Positions 8,046 to 17,693 of a stretch of DNA of 64,000 nt are shown here, one piece after another. Each line of letters opens with the position of its first letter. The first letter of the stretch is position 1. The stretch is from an uncultured Verrucomicrobiae bacterium. GTDB lineage: Bacteria > Verrucomicrobiota > Verrucomicrobiia > Limisphaerales > Palsa-1400. The position numbers and the translations under genes are program-made. Below the pieces are notes generated by a model. That model saw nothing but the letters and a program-made list of their open reading frames with translations. It was not told where the DNA came from and did no database searches. The stretch is from positions 96,001-160,000 of the forward strand of contig OY969763.1 of NCBI GenBank assembly GCA_963702845.1. Direction: 5' to 3'.

Positions 8046-10724
8046 CTAGACGCTGTTTGTGTTGTCGTCCACTTGAGCTCGGTAGTCGTTCCAGCTGGAC
8101 TGGAGCATGCTTCGCGAAATAGTCACCTCCTGAAGCAGGTCTGGATCTGGCGCCTGTTGAGATTCGAGAGCCTGAATCACGAGATCGAGTTGCCCCAGTT
8201 GCAGTTTCATTAATTCGGATGCTTTTGGATCTAGTTCGTCGCGGCGGCCCACGGAGTCCCACCACGAAACAAGGCGGCTGACGCCGGTGCGAACGAGCAA
8301 AGGACGCCTTACAAAGCATTTAAAGGCGTCCAAGAAAGCGAGCCAAACGTAAATATGTTGGTCTGGGGAAGAGTTTTGGCGTTCGGCCAATCGCACGTAG
8401 TTAAACATCAATTGTGCTCGCAGAGCCCTAAGGTCTGCGAACCGCAAATGCCCCATTTGATTTTTGATTACTGAATCAACGTCATGTCCACCTTCTGCAT
8501 ATGTTTTGGCTGCTTTATCGAGCAGGCCTGAGGCTTCAGCTGCTTCACCAATTGAAAGGAATGCTTGAGCTCGAATTACGGCGTTGTCGTATGATGGTGA
8601 GGCATGGTCAGCGAGCCTTGTAATTTCTATTACGCCCCGCCAATCGTGACGTTGCGTTCTTGACTCTATCCATAGGCCAAAAAGTTCAGGCCGCTGACAG
8701 CCAAGTTTATGGGCTTGTCTGAATGCAATACCTGCTTTCGTCGGGTCTGGCGTCGCAACCTGAAGGTACGCTCGACCTAGTAAGCACAGAGCATCCGGAC
8801 TATTCGGGTTTTTTGCAGCAGTGTATTGCGCGACCGAAAGAGCTTCATCGAACTGGCTGTCCCTCCAGAGCGCAAGTACGCGATTAATCATCGAACCTAT
8901 ATTGAGGTTGACCTTCGATGCGTTGCTACGTGCGATGGCACATTCTTTCTCTATTCGACTGGGGTCGGGTATCCGCTGTCGGATCACTTCTTGCATGAGC
9001 CTAATTGCACTTGGGACTTCCAAATGCGCGCCACCTGCACGGACGGTTCCGGTCATAGCGTATAGGTGGTATTTGCGAAGCTCGTCGAGGTCGTCGCGGA
9101 GACGTCCGTCAGTGCTGTCGAGGACTTGGCCTAATTCAAGTTGGGATGTAGTTCCAAGTATACACATGGCGTACAGTGTGCGCGTTTGTGATGACGTTAG
9201 TCTATCGAGCTCGCGGGAGAATGCGAACTGGCGGACCTCGTCGCCCTCTGATCCTTTCCATCTTTCGATAGCGGAATTGAAATTTTCCCCAGTGAGCATC
9301 AGACGAAGGATTGACGAGGCGAATGCTGGGGAACCGCTGGATGCGGAATGAAATTTCGCGAGTTGCGCGTTCGACAGGTTGGTTGGAATGTCGAGGGCAT
9401 TGGAGATAATAGTTACATATTCGTAAAACTCGGTCTGGGGAAGACCATTCACCTTAATCAGTTGAGCCGGAGCTGCGCCCAGCTGTAGACGAGAAGTTAG
9501 CAGTGCTCTGGATGGCGAGTGCACATGTGGTTGCGACATCGTGCGGCTTATGATTTGAATCATTGTCTGAAACACGTCGTGCTGTTGCTCTAGATCGAGA
9601 GAGTCGACATCGTCCACCACAATGAGAGCTGGGTAAATGGAAAGAGCCTGAATCACCTCATCAACTAACGATTCCCTTGTTGCGTCCGGGTCAATTTGTT
9701 CTTCTGGCAAACCTAGCGCGTGTAACAGAGCTCGAAGCAGTGACGGGAGGTCGAAAAAGTCCACCCTCGCGGCGGGTTCGTATTTGTTATCAAAGGAGGC
9801 GAAGAACTGACGCTTTGCGCTCAACCAAACGACGAGTTCAAGCTTGAGTGGAGAGTTTTTGGTGACGATTTCGGCAAACTGTCGAGCGATCGTTGTTTTC
9901 CCCAAGCCTCCGAGGCCTGATAGGAGCTTTACTGGACTGTAGGGATCGCAGAGCCATTTCCAGAGGTTTTGCAGGTAGTCCTCACGGCCAACAAACCGGA
10001 CCAATGACGGGTCTTTAGGGCCCAAATTGCTGAGTAAAACGGGTGGAGGGGTGGAAATGGAGTTTACAACCTCCCGACGGGAGGCGATGCATAGAAATGC
10101 GTAGTCATCGGATGTCACGGCTGGCCGCGACTGGTCACCGTCCCGCAAGTAGATGTCTTGTTGCTTATACGCCTGCTTTCCCGTGGTCGAGGTGGGGGCG
10201 GGTCTTAAAAACTGAGCTGGGGACGTCCCGCTGCCGGAACGCTGGGGAATCTGTAGAATTCCAATTGGATAACTTTTCCCGTCGCAAATGATGTTCTGAA
10301 TCGAGTAATGGCAGTCAATTTCTATGTTTGTTGCACCTTTGACCTTCTTCGCTAGGTCTCCGCAATCGAATTGTCCGTTGAATCCCACAACACGCCTCGG
10401 ACTATCTGCGACTCCCGCTATCAAATAGCCCCCGTGGGAGTTATAGAAAGCAACGACGTCTTTGACTATTTCAGCCATTTTAGCGGCGTGGGTCGCAGCT
10501 TGTTCAGTTGTCGGCTTGGGAATCGCGATGGGTAAGCTTTCTTTGTAATCCCAAAGGGCTTTTTCATAGAGTAGCGGTTGGCCGTGCGGGAGCAGTTCTG
10601 CCAACACCTCGTCGCCCAGGCAGCCTTTCTTTATAAGCGAGAAAATGCGCAGTCTAGCCGCAAATATGCTCTCGTGGTCATTTGACGTTTGCGCGAGCGC
10701 TTTTGTAATTCCGTGCTTGCTCAT
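8046..10724 (-). CDS. Schlafen/AlbA_2 - NB-ARC (STAND) - TPR protein
   Basis: WDYKE...KDVVAFYNSHGGYLIAGVAD (AlbA_2); FVGRE, GLGGLGKT, IVVDDVD, LLTSR (NB-ARC); helical TPR-like C-terminus. Confidence 0.85.
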   Translation of the reverse strand: MSKHGITKALAQTSNDHESIFAARLRIFSLIKKGCLGDEVLAELLPHGQPLLYEKALWDYKESLPIAIPKPTTEQAATHAAKMAEIVKDVVAFYNSHGGYLIAGVADSPRRVVGFNGQFDCGDLAKKVKGATNIEIDCHYSIQNIICDGKSYPIGILQIPQRSGSGTSPAQFLRPAPTSTTGKQAYKQQDIYLRDGDQSRPAVTSDDYAFLCIASRREVVNSISTPPPVLLSNLGPKDPSLVRFVGREDYLQNLWKWLCDPYSPVKLLSGLGGLGKTTIARQFAEIVTKNSPLKLELVVWLSAKRQFFASFDNKYEPAARVDFFDLPSLLRALLHALGLPEEQIDPDATRESLVDEVIQALSIYPALIVVDDVDSLDLEQQHDVFQTMIQIISRTMSQPHVHSPSRALLTSRLQLGAAPAQLIKVNGLPQTEFYEYVTIISNALDIPTNLSNAQLAKFHSASSGSPAFASSILRLMLTGENFNSAIERWKGSEGDEVRQFAFSRELDRLTSSQTRTLYAMCILGTTSQLELGQVLDSTDGRLRDDLDELRKYHLYAMTGTVRAGGAHLEVPSAIRLMQEVIRQRIPDPSRIEKECAIARSNASKVNLNIGSMINRVLALWRDSQFDEALSVAQYTAAKNPNSPDALCLLGRAYLQVATPDPTKAGIAFRQAHKLGCQRPELFGLWIESRTQRHDWRGVIEITRLADHASPSYDNAVIRAQAFLSIGEAAEASGLLDKAAKTYAEGGHDVDSVIKNQMGHLRFADLRALRAQLMFNYVRLAERQNSSPDQHIYVWLAFLDAFKCFVRRPLLVRTGVSRLVSWWDSVGRRDELDPKASELMKLQLGQLDLVIQALESQQAPDPDLLQEVTISRSMLQSSWNDYRAQVDDNTNSV

Positions 10725-10828
10725 ATTTTTGTTCGTTCGATGTTAGATTGCGAGTCCAGCTTCTTGTGTGGGCTTTGCAGAGTGATCTTCATTAATTCAA
10801 ACGAGCGTATGGTTGCTAGGTGTGTTTC

Positions 10829-11581
10829 TTAATGAGGATGTCGGAAGAGTTTGATAGAGATGCAAGCGTGTCGTGCGCCACGCCTTTGGTTTGTTCTGTT
10901 TTGTGGATTCCGTGCTGTGTGAGCGCGATCGGCGAGGTCTTTAATCAGCGAGGCCATTGGTGGTCTGGCAAATTCGTGGCGCCAGCCGACGATTGACGGG
11001 TCGGTGAGCCACTGAGGTATGGCAGGATAGCGTTTCTGTTCCAATTCGTGTTGGAGGTTGTCGGAGAGAAGTCGGACAATCCATGCAGCTTCACGCGTCT
11101 GCTTATTGGCTTCGTTGTCGCGGTTTAGTTTGTTGTGAATCAAGACACCGCCGAAGGCAAGAATGGCACCCAGTGCGGTTGAGAGCAAAGATACCACCCA
11201 GGCTGAAATCGGGCTTTGAGCAGGCATCATGCTGATAGTTTTAAAAAGCGCACAGTTTTTGTTTGATGCGGTGAGCATTACAGCAAGCTCCTCGTTCTCC
11301 GACAGTGGGGCCAATTCCAGATTTGTCAGAAGTGTTGTGAGTTGCAAGCTGCCGCTGGAGTAGGGCTGTAGGTTGGGTAAACGCAGCAAAGCCCATGATG
11401 TTGCGCTGGGAGTCTTCGCTGGTAGCAGTAATGTGATGCTCGTGCCACCCGATGCAGACCTCGCCGCCCAGGATTCAACGGTGGGAGGATTTGGGGCGAA
11501 GACTGGACTGGCGGTCGTCCGGTTGGCCAGAATGCAAGCGGCACAGAGGAACGTTGGAAGTAGTGCCCTAGGCGATGCCAT
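10829..11581 (-). CDS. Hypothetical single-pass membrane protein with signal peptide
   Basis: Hydrophobic N-terminus, internal TM (AWVVSLLSTALGAILAFGGVLI); overlaps upstream NTPase stop; 3' end may be frameshifted. Confidence 0.6.
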   Translation of the reverse strand: MASPRALLPTFLCAACILANRTTASPVFAPNPPTVESWAARSASGGTSITLLLPAKTPSATSWALLRLPNLQPYSSGSLQLTTLLTNLELAPLSENEELAVMLTASNKNCALFKTISMMPAQSPISAWVVSLLSTALGAILAFGGVLIHNKLNRDNEANKQTREAAWIVRLLSDNLQHELEQKRYPAIPQWLTDPSIVGWRHEFARPPMASLIKDLADRAHTARNPQNRTNQRRGARHACISIKLFRHPH

Positions 11582-13724
11582 AGATTAGTTTTAGTTGCGT
11601 CATTATTGCTTCGGTTTTGGATTGTGCTTCACTTGAATACTTGTTTACGTCGAGAAAGTTGTCGCTTGACGCGTTGATACGCACGAGTTCGTCCAAAATG
11701 GACTGCCGGATTTGGGAGACGTTTGGAATCGTTTCGGGGGCCACTTCTTTGAGGCGGGCAAATGCTTTTGAGTAGATTTCTTGTTCGATGGCGAGCGAAT
11801 GGCGGAGAATCTCCAAGAAGACGAGGACCTGCCGGGCTTTGTGTCTAATCATTTCCTTCGTGTGATTGATGTGCTCTCGCCCGCTTTCCACGAGATAGCC
11901 ATAGTGTTTGATTGTCGAAAACGGTATGGCAAATATGTCGGCGACCTCTCTAGGAACATAAAGGTGAAAGTCGTCGACTATCAGTTGGAGGTAAACAAAG
12001 GTGTCGAACACGCTTTTACAACAGTGTTCGCCACGTGGAGACAAAGAAATGGCACTAATCCGCAATTTGTGTTTGTGGTGGGGATGCAGTGACCTAGTGA
12101 CGGAAAGGGTGTTTGAGCAGTCTGCGTTGGAAAGGCTTCCGAGGAGAAGGCGGCATAGCTTAGGGCTATAAAATCCGACATCGTTGTCTGCCAAAATACG
12201 GAGGATGTTTTCGGTTGCACATGTCCCTTCTTTTGCAAGAAGTTCGCAAATGAGGCGCTTTAACCAGTAGCTGTGGTTCATCTCAACGTCTTTGGGATCC
12301 TGCGTTGCGGTTGGCAGGTGGCGCGCAAGGTAAATATTCGGAAACTTTGACGTGAACTGCGAATACAGCGCAAGCTCGCCGAGAATGAACGAGATGAGTG
12401 CGACGGGTTGGCGGTGCGTGAATTGTTCGAGCATGGAACTTGGGTCATTGTCGGTTCCGTGCTTACTCCATCCGTAACGTGAGAAATAATCCATCAGTTG
12501 GCGGTAACCGTGATTACATAGCTTGTACAAGGAATCCACAACGGAGTTCTGTTCGTCCAAAAGTTCGGAACTAATTCTCCTAGTGACGGCTGCGAAGTGC
12601 TTACGCCTTCCTTCGATCGTTTGGAGGCCGGAAGCAAATTCGAGGAGTGGAATACGAGACCGAACTACTGTTCTCAACGCCGCGGCTTTGAGCACGTAGG
12701 CGTCTCGCTGAAGGGGCTGCGCGATGGACGGCTGTAACGAGGTGCCGTTGGCGAGATCGCAGAGTATGTCATACGTATCCGTGCGCGAGACGAAAAGGAT
12801 ATTAGCACCGATGCTGCCGAGTGCCATGTCGTGTGAGAACACCAGAAGGCAGCGAATCATTTCCTCGATATACGCTTCATCTCCCGTGGTATCGTCGGAA
12901 TCAAATAAGTTACTGTCGCGATGATGAATGTACTTGTCGACATTGTCGATTATGACGGTGAGTCTGCGGCCAGTGTGCTGGTAGATTGAGCGAATTAGAG
13001 CTGTGAGGGCTTCGGTTCCTTGGGTTTTGATGACGGGGCGTGCGAAGCCGCTGCGCTCAGAAGCTGCAGGTGGAAATGCGAGCGGCATGTGTTTGACGAA
13101 CTCGTCATACAGGGGCTTTACCTCTTTATGTTCGACAAGGAACGAGTGCTTTTTGAATACGTCTCGGGCGTGGTCGGCCAAACGGGATACAAAATCTTCA
13201 GCTGTGACGTCGACTACAGATCCTTGACTGTAGTCTTCTATATCGGCTCGCAAGAACCACATTAACGCTTTTTCGATATGAGGTTTGAAGGTGTTCGTGA
13301 TGAGGTAGTTTACAAATGCGGTTTTGCCGATACCGACGTCGCCGAGAAGGTACCTTACTCGGTTTCTATATTCAAAAGGGCCGTGAATGAAAGTGTCGTT
13401 GACGAAGTCGCTGAGTGTTACTTCTGAACCGACATGAGTTTGAGAGTGGAGAACCCGCGGCGGAACATAACATTTTTCGTAAAAGAAATGTGCCATCTTC
13501 TGGGTGTCCGTCCATTCGGACGTCGGCTTATCTGTGTATACCCCGACTTGGTGGCCGAATACTTTTCGAGTGAGGGCGAGGTATTCTTTAAACGCGGGGT
13601 TGCTGTCAAGAGAAACCAGAGGCGTGCGGTGGTAAATTGACGCTGTGCGCTCTTTGAACAGGTGATACTGAGTTCTTGGAGTTTCGGTTGCGTTTTGCAT
13701 TTGGGGAGTTAGTGGTCGATTCAT
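11568..13724 (-). CDS. Unclassified P-loop NTPase (STAND/AAA-like), 718 aa
   Basis: Walker A GDVGIGKT, Walker B TVIIDNVD, sensor-like ILFVSR. Confidence 0.8.
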   Translation of the reverse strand: MNRPLTPQMQNATETPRTQYHLFKERTASIYHRTPLVSLDSNPAFKEYLALTRKVFGHQVGVYTDKPTSEWTDTQKMAHFFYEKCYVPPRVLHSQTHVGSEVTLSDFVNDTFIHGPFEYRNRVRYLLGDVGIGKTAFVNYLITNTFKPHIEKALMWFLRADIEDYSQGSVVDVTAEDFVSRLADHARDVFKKHSFLVEHKEVKPLYDEFVKHMPLAFPPAASERSGFARPVIKTQGTEALTALIRSIYQHTGRRLTVIIDNVDKYIHHRDSNLFDSDDTTGDEAYIEEMIRCLLVFSHDMALGSIGANILFVSRTDTYDILCDLANGTSLQPSIAQPLQRDAYVLKAAALRTVVRSRIPLLEFASGLQTIEGRRKHFAAVTRRISSELLDEQNSVVDSLYKLCNHGYRQLMDYFSRYGWSKHGTDNDPSSMLEQFTHRQPVALISFILGELALYSQFTSKFPNIYLARHLPTATQDPKDVEMNHSYWLKRLICELLAKEGTCATENILRILADNDVGFYSPKLCRLLLGSLSNADCSNTLSVTRSLHPHHKHKLRISAISLSPRGEHCCKSVFDTFVYLQLIVDDFHLYVPREVADIFAIPFSTIKHYGYLVESGREHINHTKEMIRHKARQVLVFLEILRHSLAIEQEIYSKAFARLKEVAPETIPNVSQIRQSILDELVRINASSDNFLDVNKYSSEAQSKTEAIMTQLKLIYGIA

Positions 13725-13978
13725 GCGGCGATGCAGACAGCGCCTTGTTTGATGGAGGCTATGCGCAGGCGAAACAGCGTTCGGTTGCGAGTTGGTTTGG
13801 TGCTTCTTCTAAAACCGCAGGTCATTTGCATAGGAGCCGTTTCCATGGGGCTCGTGGAAGTCCACTTATTACGAGCCGACGTCACATTTAGGGACAGCGT
13901 GATTATGAGTTTGTTTATGCTTCTGTCAACTGAACTTGATGAAATCGTAAAAGTCTGATTGGCGGGACTGTTATGCAT
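13721..13978 (-). CDS. Possible small protein coupled to the NTPase
   Basis: ATGA overlap with NTPase start; no motif; may be spurious. Confidence 0.3.
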   Translation of the reverse strand: MHNSPANQTFTISSSSVDRSINKLIITLSLNVTSARNKWTSTSPMETAPMQMTCGFRRSTKPTRNRTLFRLRIASIKQGAVCIAA

Positions 13979-14200
13979 GGTAAGCCACGAAATTAGAACG
14001 AAGGCCGAAAAATCGATCGATGTGCGTGCATCCGTCACGCGTAATGCTTTTTGAGAGAGATGCAGCTGTACTGCCGGCGCTGGAGGCCACGTGCACGAAA
14101 AGGAAATAGCCGCCGCGCCGGTCGCACTTTGCAATGCAGAGAGCAACGGTGTTTCGAGAGTTGCAGGATGGCGGTGTTAGGCTCATCGTTTGTCGCGATT

Positions 14201-15517
14201 ATGGAAATCGTTTATTGCGTGATCTGCTTTGCGGCAGGAGCCGTGGTTGCGGGTTTTATGGTAGCGTCACGATACAGGGCGGAATTGCAGTTTATGCAGG
14301 AAAGGAAGACGACCTTGGAGGGCGAGCGGGATAAGGAAAAAGGCGACTTGGCGGCGGCTCAAAGTGAAGTCGTCAGACTGACGGGAGGATTAGCAGCAGC
14401 GAGTGCGAACCTGAGTAATGCGGAGAGCCGACTGAAGGATTACGGCAAGGAAGTGGAGCAGATGCAGGGAAGATTAAAGATCGAGTTTGAGAACCTAGCA
14501 AACCGAATTCTGGATGAGAAATCTTCAAAGTTCACAACACAAAACCAAACGAACCTAGACCTATTGCTGACGCCGCTCCGGCATCAGATAGCCGAGTTCA
14601 AATCCAAGGTGGAAACAGTCCATACTGAGGACCAGACCGATCGGGCGGTTTTACGGTCGCAAATCGAATTATTGAATACGGCAAGCGTTGAGATGACCGG
14701 CGAAGCGAAGAATTTGACATTGGCGCTGAAAGGGGATTCGAAGACTCAGGGAAACTGGGGCGAGCTGATCTTGGAGAAGGTGCTCGAGAGTTCCGGCCTG
14801 ACCAAGGGGGTGGAGTTCACTGTTCAGGGGTCCTTAAAGGACGAGGCTGGCGCGAATTTGCGTCCGGACATAGTTATCTGCTTGCCTGATGACAGACACT
14901 TTGTGGTGGATTCCAAGGTTTCACTGACGGCCTACGAGCGCTACTACAGCGAAGGTGACACTGAGCAGCGGCAGAGGATTCTCAAGGAACATGTGTTTTC
15001 AGTGCGGAAGCACGTTAAGGAACTGGCTGAAAAGAAATACCAGGACCTTTATCAAATCACGACGCCCGATTTCGTTTTCATGTTTGTTCCGATCGAGCCC
15101 GCGCTGAGTTGCGCCCTGCACGCGGACAGCGCCTTATTCAACGATACTTTTGAGCAGAAGGTGATCTTAGTGACGCCGTCGACCTTGCTGGCCACTCTCA
15201 GGACCGTGGCACATATTTGGAAACAGGAAAAACAGACACGTAATGCAAAGGAGATAGCCCGCAAAAGCGGTGCGTTGTATGACAAGTTCGTTGGTCTTTA
15301 TGATGATCTGTTGAAGATAGGTGCGCACCTCGAGGCAACAACCAAGGTTTACCACGATGCCCTCGGCAAGCTAAAGGATGGTCGCGGCAACCTGATTAAG
15401 AGTGCTGAAGACATCAGAATGCTCGGAGCAAAAGCGGACAAGAGGCTGCCGGACGCTTTGGTGCAGGAGGTAGGTGAAAGGGCCTTGGCCGCTGGAGATG
15501 ATCATGTCCGAGAATGA
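14201..15517 (+). CDS. rmuC: RmuC-family protein with N-terminal TM and coiled coil
   Basis: LKGDSKTQGNWGELILE, LRPDIVI.LP, VVDSKVSL, TPDFVFMFVPIE, VTPSTLLATLR, GRGNL. Confidence 0.92.
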   Translation: MEIVYCVICFAAGAVVAGFMVASRYRAELQFMQERKTTLEGERDKEKGDLAAAQSEVVRLTGGLAAASANLSNAESRLKDYGKEVEQMQGRLKIEFENLANRILDEKSSKFTTQNQTNLDLLLTPLRHQIAEFKSKVETVHTEDQTDRAVLRSQIELLNTASVEMTGEAKNLTLALKGDSKTQGNWGELILEKVLESSGLTKGVEFTVQGSLKDEAGANLRPDIVICLPDDRHFVVDSKVSLTAYERYYSEGDTEQRQRILKEHVFSVRKHVKELAEKKYQDLYQITTPDFVFMFVPIEPALSCALHADSALFNDTFEQKVILVTPSTLLATLRTVAHIWKQEKQTRNAKEIARKSGALYDKFVGLYDDLLKIGAHLEATTKVYHDALGKLKDGRGNLIKSAEDIRMLGAKADKRLPDALVQEVGERALAAGDDHVRE

Positions 15518-16039
15518 AAAAAGACAGGCACTCCTGTCTTTAGGGGAAAAGATCCGCTCACGTGAGAACTGGTGGCTTTATCCAGCCGAACCAGACGTCG
15601 AGGGTTTCTTGGGCACTGATCCAATTTTCATTGTAGGTGACCAACCATCTACCGCCGCGTGGGAGTATGAGCATCCGCATCGGCGTGCCTTTTATGATTG
15701 CTTGTCACATTGGGCGCTGGCGGTTCGCACTTAACAGACGTTTACAAACGCCGAGGGTTCTCGGGCGAACTGCGAAACGGGCTACCGGATGACTTTGATG
15801 AGCATCTGGAAATATTCCGTGAGGAAGTGAAACTCCTCAACCCAACAACAATCTTGGCATTGGGTCGGGACGCTTATGGACTTCTGCTGAAGCATACGCC
15901 TTACTTAACCAACCGGATCATGCGCGTATGGCATTTCGGAACTGTGCGGCACGGCAAGCTTGAGGAATTTCAGGCGAGACTGCGACACGGAATCGTTACC
16001 GCGCGGCGTAGAATGAAGCTTGGGAGAAACGGCGATTGA
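15504..16039 (+). pseudogene. Uracil-DNA glycosylase-like protein split by a 1-nt frameshift
   Basis: FIVGDQPS in first frame; HLTDVYK, EVKLLNPTTILALGRDA, VWH in second; shift near 15698. Confidence 0.65.
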
Positions 16040-16121
16040 GTTGATCCAAGGCATGGTGTCGGTTATCCGCTGCCGGCGCTAGAGGCTGGGTGCATGAAAA
16101 TGTAATACCCTCGCTGCGGCC

Positions 16122-16658
16122 CTAGTCCGTTTTGGGTTGCACGGGAATTGGGTTCAGACGAACCTTCTTATATATCTTATCCCACTCGATTGGTTTTATC
16201 GGTTGTAGAAAGTTTTTAAAACAAATCTCGAGCGCAGTTTTCATCTCTGGCTCACGTTGCAATATCGCGAGACTGAATTCCGCTCTGATAGCAGAGTTTT
16301 TCGTCATAGCCAACCTCTGCAGGGCTTCCGCTCGAACCTCGTTAAAAATCCGAACAGCATTTGCAGAAGGTAGTTTGTTTACCGCCGCGAACTCTGTAGC
16401 TGACATGCGAAAACGGAATTCATATTTGCCGATGCGCACCAAGGTGCTCCTAAGGTGTCGTTCGATGAAGTTTGCTGCCTCGATTTTTACCTGCGCCGCA
16501 TACTTTTTCCCCAAACTCCCATTGAATATGTCAAACGATCTGATCCTGAGTTCGTAGGAACCACCGTTGGGATGCGGTTCGGAAAACGATTCTCGGTAGT
16601 GGGCCTTTTGGGTTTTGTCCTGACGATTGTGATCTTCGCGCTGGAACTTCCAATCCAT
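16122..16658 (-). CDS. Hypothetical protein
   Basis: 178-aa ORF filling the gap; no motif. Confidence 0.5.
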   Translation of the reverse strand: MDWKFQREDHNRQDKTQKAHYRESFSEPHPNGGSYELRIRSFDIFNGSLGKKYAAQVKIEAANFIERHLRSTLVRIGKYEFRFRMSATEFAAVNKLPSANAVRIFNEVRAEALQRLAMTKNSAIRAEFSLAILQREPEMKTALEICFKNFLQPIKPIEWDKIYKKVRLNPIPVQPKTD

Positions 16659-16766
16659 GTTGGGAGGCTAGTTGACACGAGAACAAAGAGTCGAGAGTTG
16701 AATTAGGCGGCTGCGGGCTCACTGCAAACGCGTGTTGCCCGATGCCCCAACAAGGCCTAGCATTCG

Positions 16767-17678
16767 GTGCAGATAACTATGACTGCGGCAGAATTGTTGG
16801 AGAAATTGGGTAAGGTGACAGTCTGGAAACGCGGAGGTGAGCGTGCTCCGCACAAGCCGCTCTTGATCCTGTTGGCAGTCGGGCGGATTGCGCAAAACAA
16901 GCCCAGGTTGATGCGGTTCGCTGAGGTCGAGGAACCGCTCCGGCAGTTGTTGATAGAGTTTGGTCCCCGCAGAAAATCATATCACCCGGAATACCCGTTC
17001 TGGTATTTGCGCAATAATGGCATTTGGGAAATTCCTGATGCCGGAGATGTGGCCCTTAAAAAGAACCATCGAGACCCAAAGCTTGATGATATTCGAAGAT
17101 TCAGCGGCGGATTTTTACCCGAGGCCTACGAAGTTCTGCACAAACATCCAGGATTGCAAAGGGAGGCGGCCACGGAAATCTTGAAGGCGAATTTCCCAGA
17201 TTCTCTTCACGAGGAAATTCTCAGCGCCATCGGAATTAGTCGCGAAGATGCGGAAACGAAGCGCAAGAAGCGCAATCCAGAATTCCGCTTGCTGGTAATG
17301 CGTGCTTACCAGCACAAATGTGCGATATGCGGATTCGATATGCGATTAGGAGCGTCCGGTTTGGGTCTCGAAGCGGCCCACATTCAGTGGCATCAGGCAG
17401 GTGGCCCGGATAGCGTAGATAACGGCCTTTGTCTTTGGACCATGCATCATCATCTTTTTGACCGCGGGGCGTTCGGGCTCACGAATAGAGGACAAATTGT
17501 GGTCAGCGAAGAAGTCCATGGCTCCAGCGGGATTGATGAATGGTTGCTCCGCTTCGAAGGACAGCGACTAAAGAAGCCACAGCGGGAGAGCTATCTTCCT
17601 AAACAAGAGTTCATGGACTGGCACCGGACGGAAGTATTTAAATCACCAGCGCGCGAAACGCTTAAGGCCGGCGTTTAG
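16767..17678 (+). CDS. SBD-HNH endonuclease (phosphorothioate-DNA-binding restriction nuclease family)
   Basis: RAPHKPLLIL and YPFWYL sulfur-binding-domain motifs; FRLLVMRAYQHKCAICG, LEAAHI, NGLCLWTMHHHLFDRG HNH motifs. Confidence 0.85.
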   Translation: MQITMTAAELLEKLGKVTVWKRGGERAPHKPLLILLAVGRIAQNKPRLMRFAEVEEPLRQLLIEFGPRRKSYHPEYPFWYLRNNGIWEIPDAGDVALKKNHRDPKLDDIRRFSGGFLPEAYEVLHKHPGLQREAATEILKANFPDSLHEEILSAIGISREDAETKRKKRNPEFRLLVMRAYQHKCAICGFDMRLGASGLGLEAAHIQWHQAGGPDSVDNGLCLWTMHHHLFDRGAFGLTNRGQIVVSEEVHGSSGIDEWLLRFEGQRLKKPQRESYLPKQEFMDWHRTEVFKSPARETLKAGV

Positions 17679-17693
17679 GAAATTAAGAGAGTC

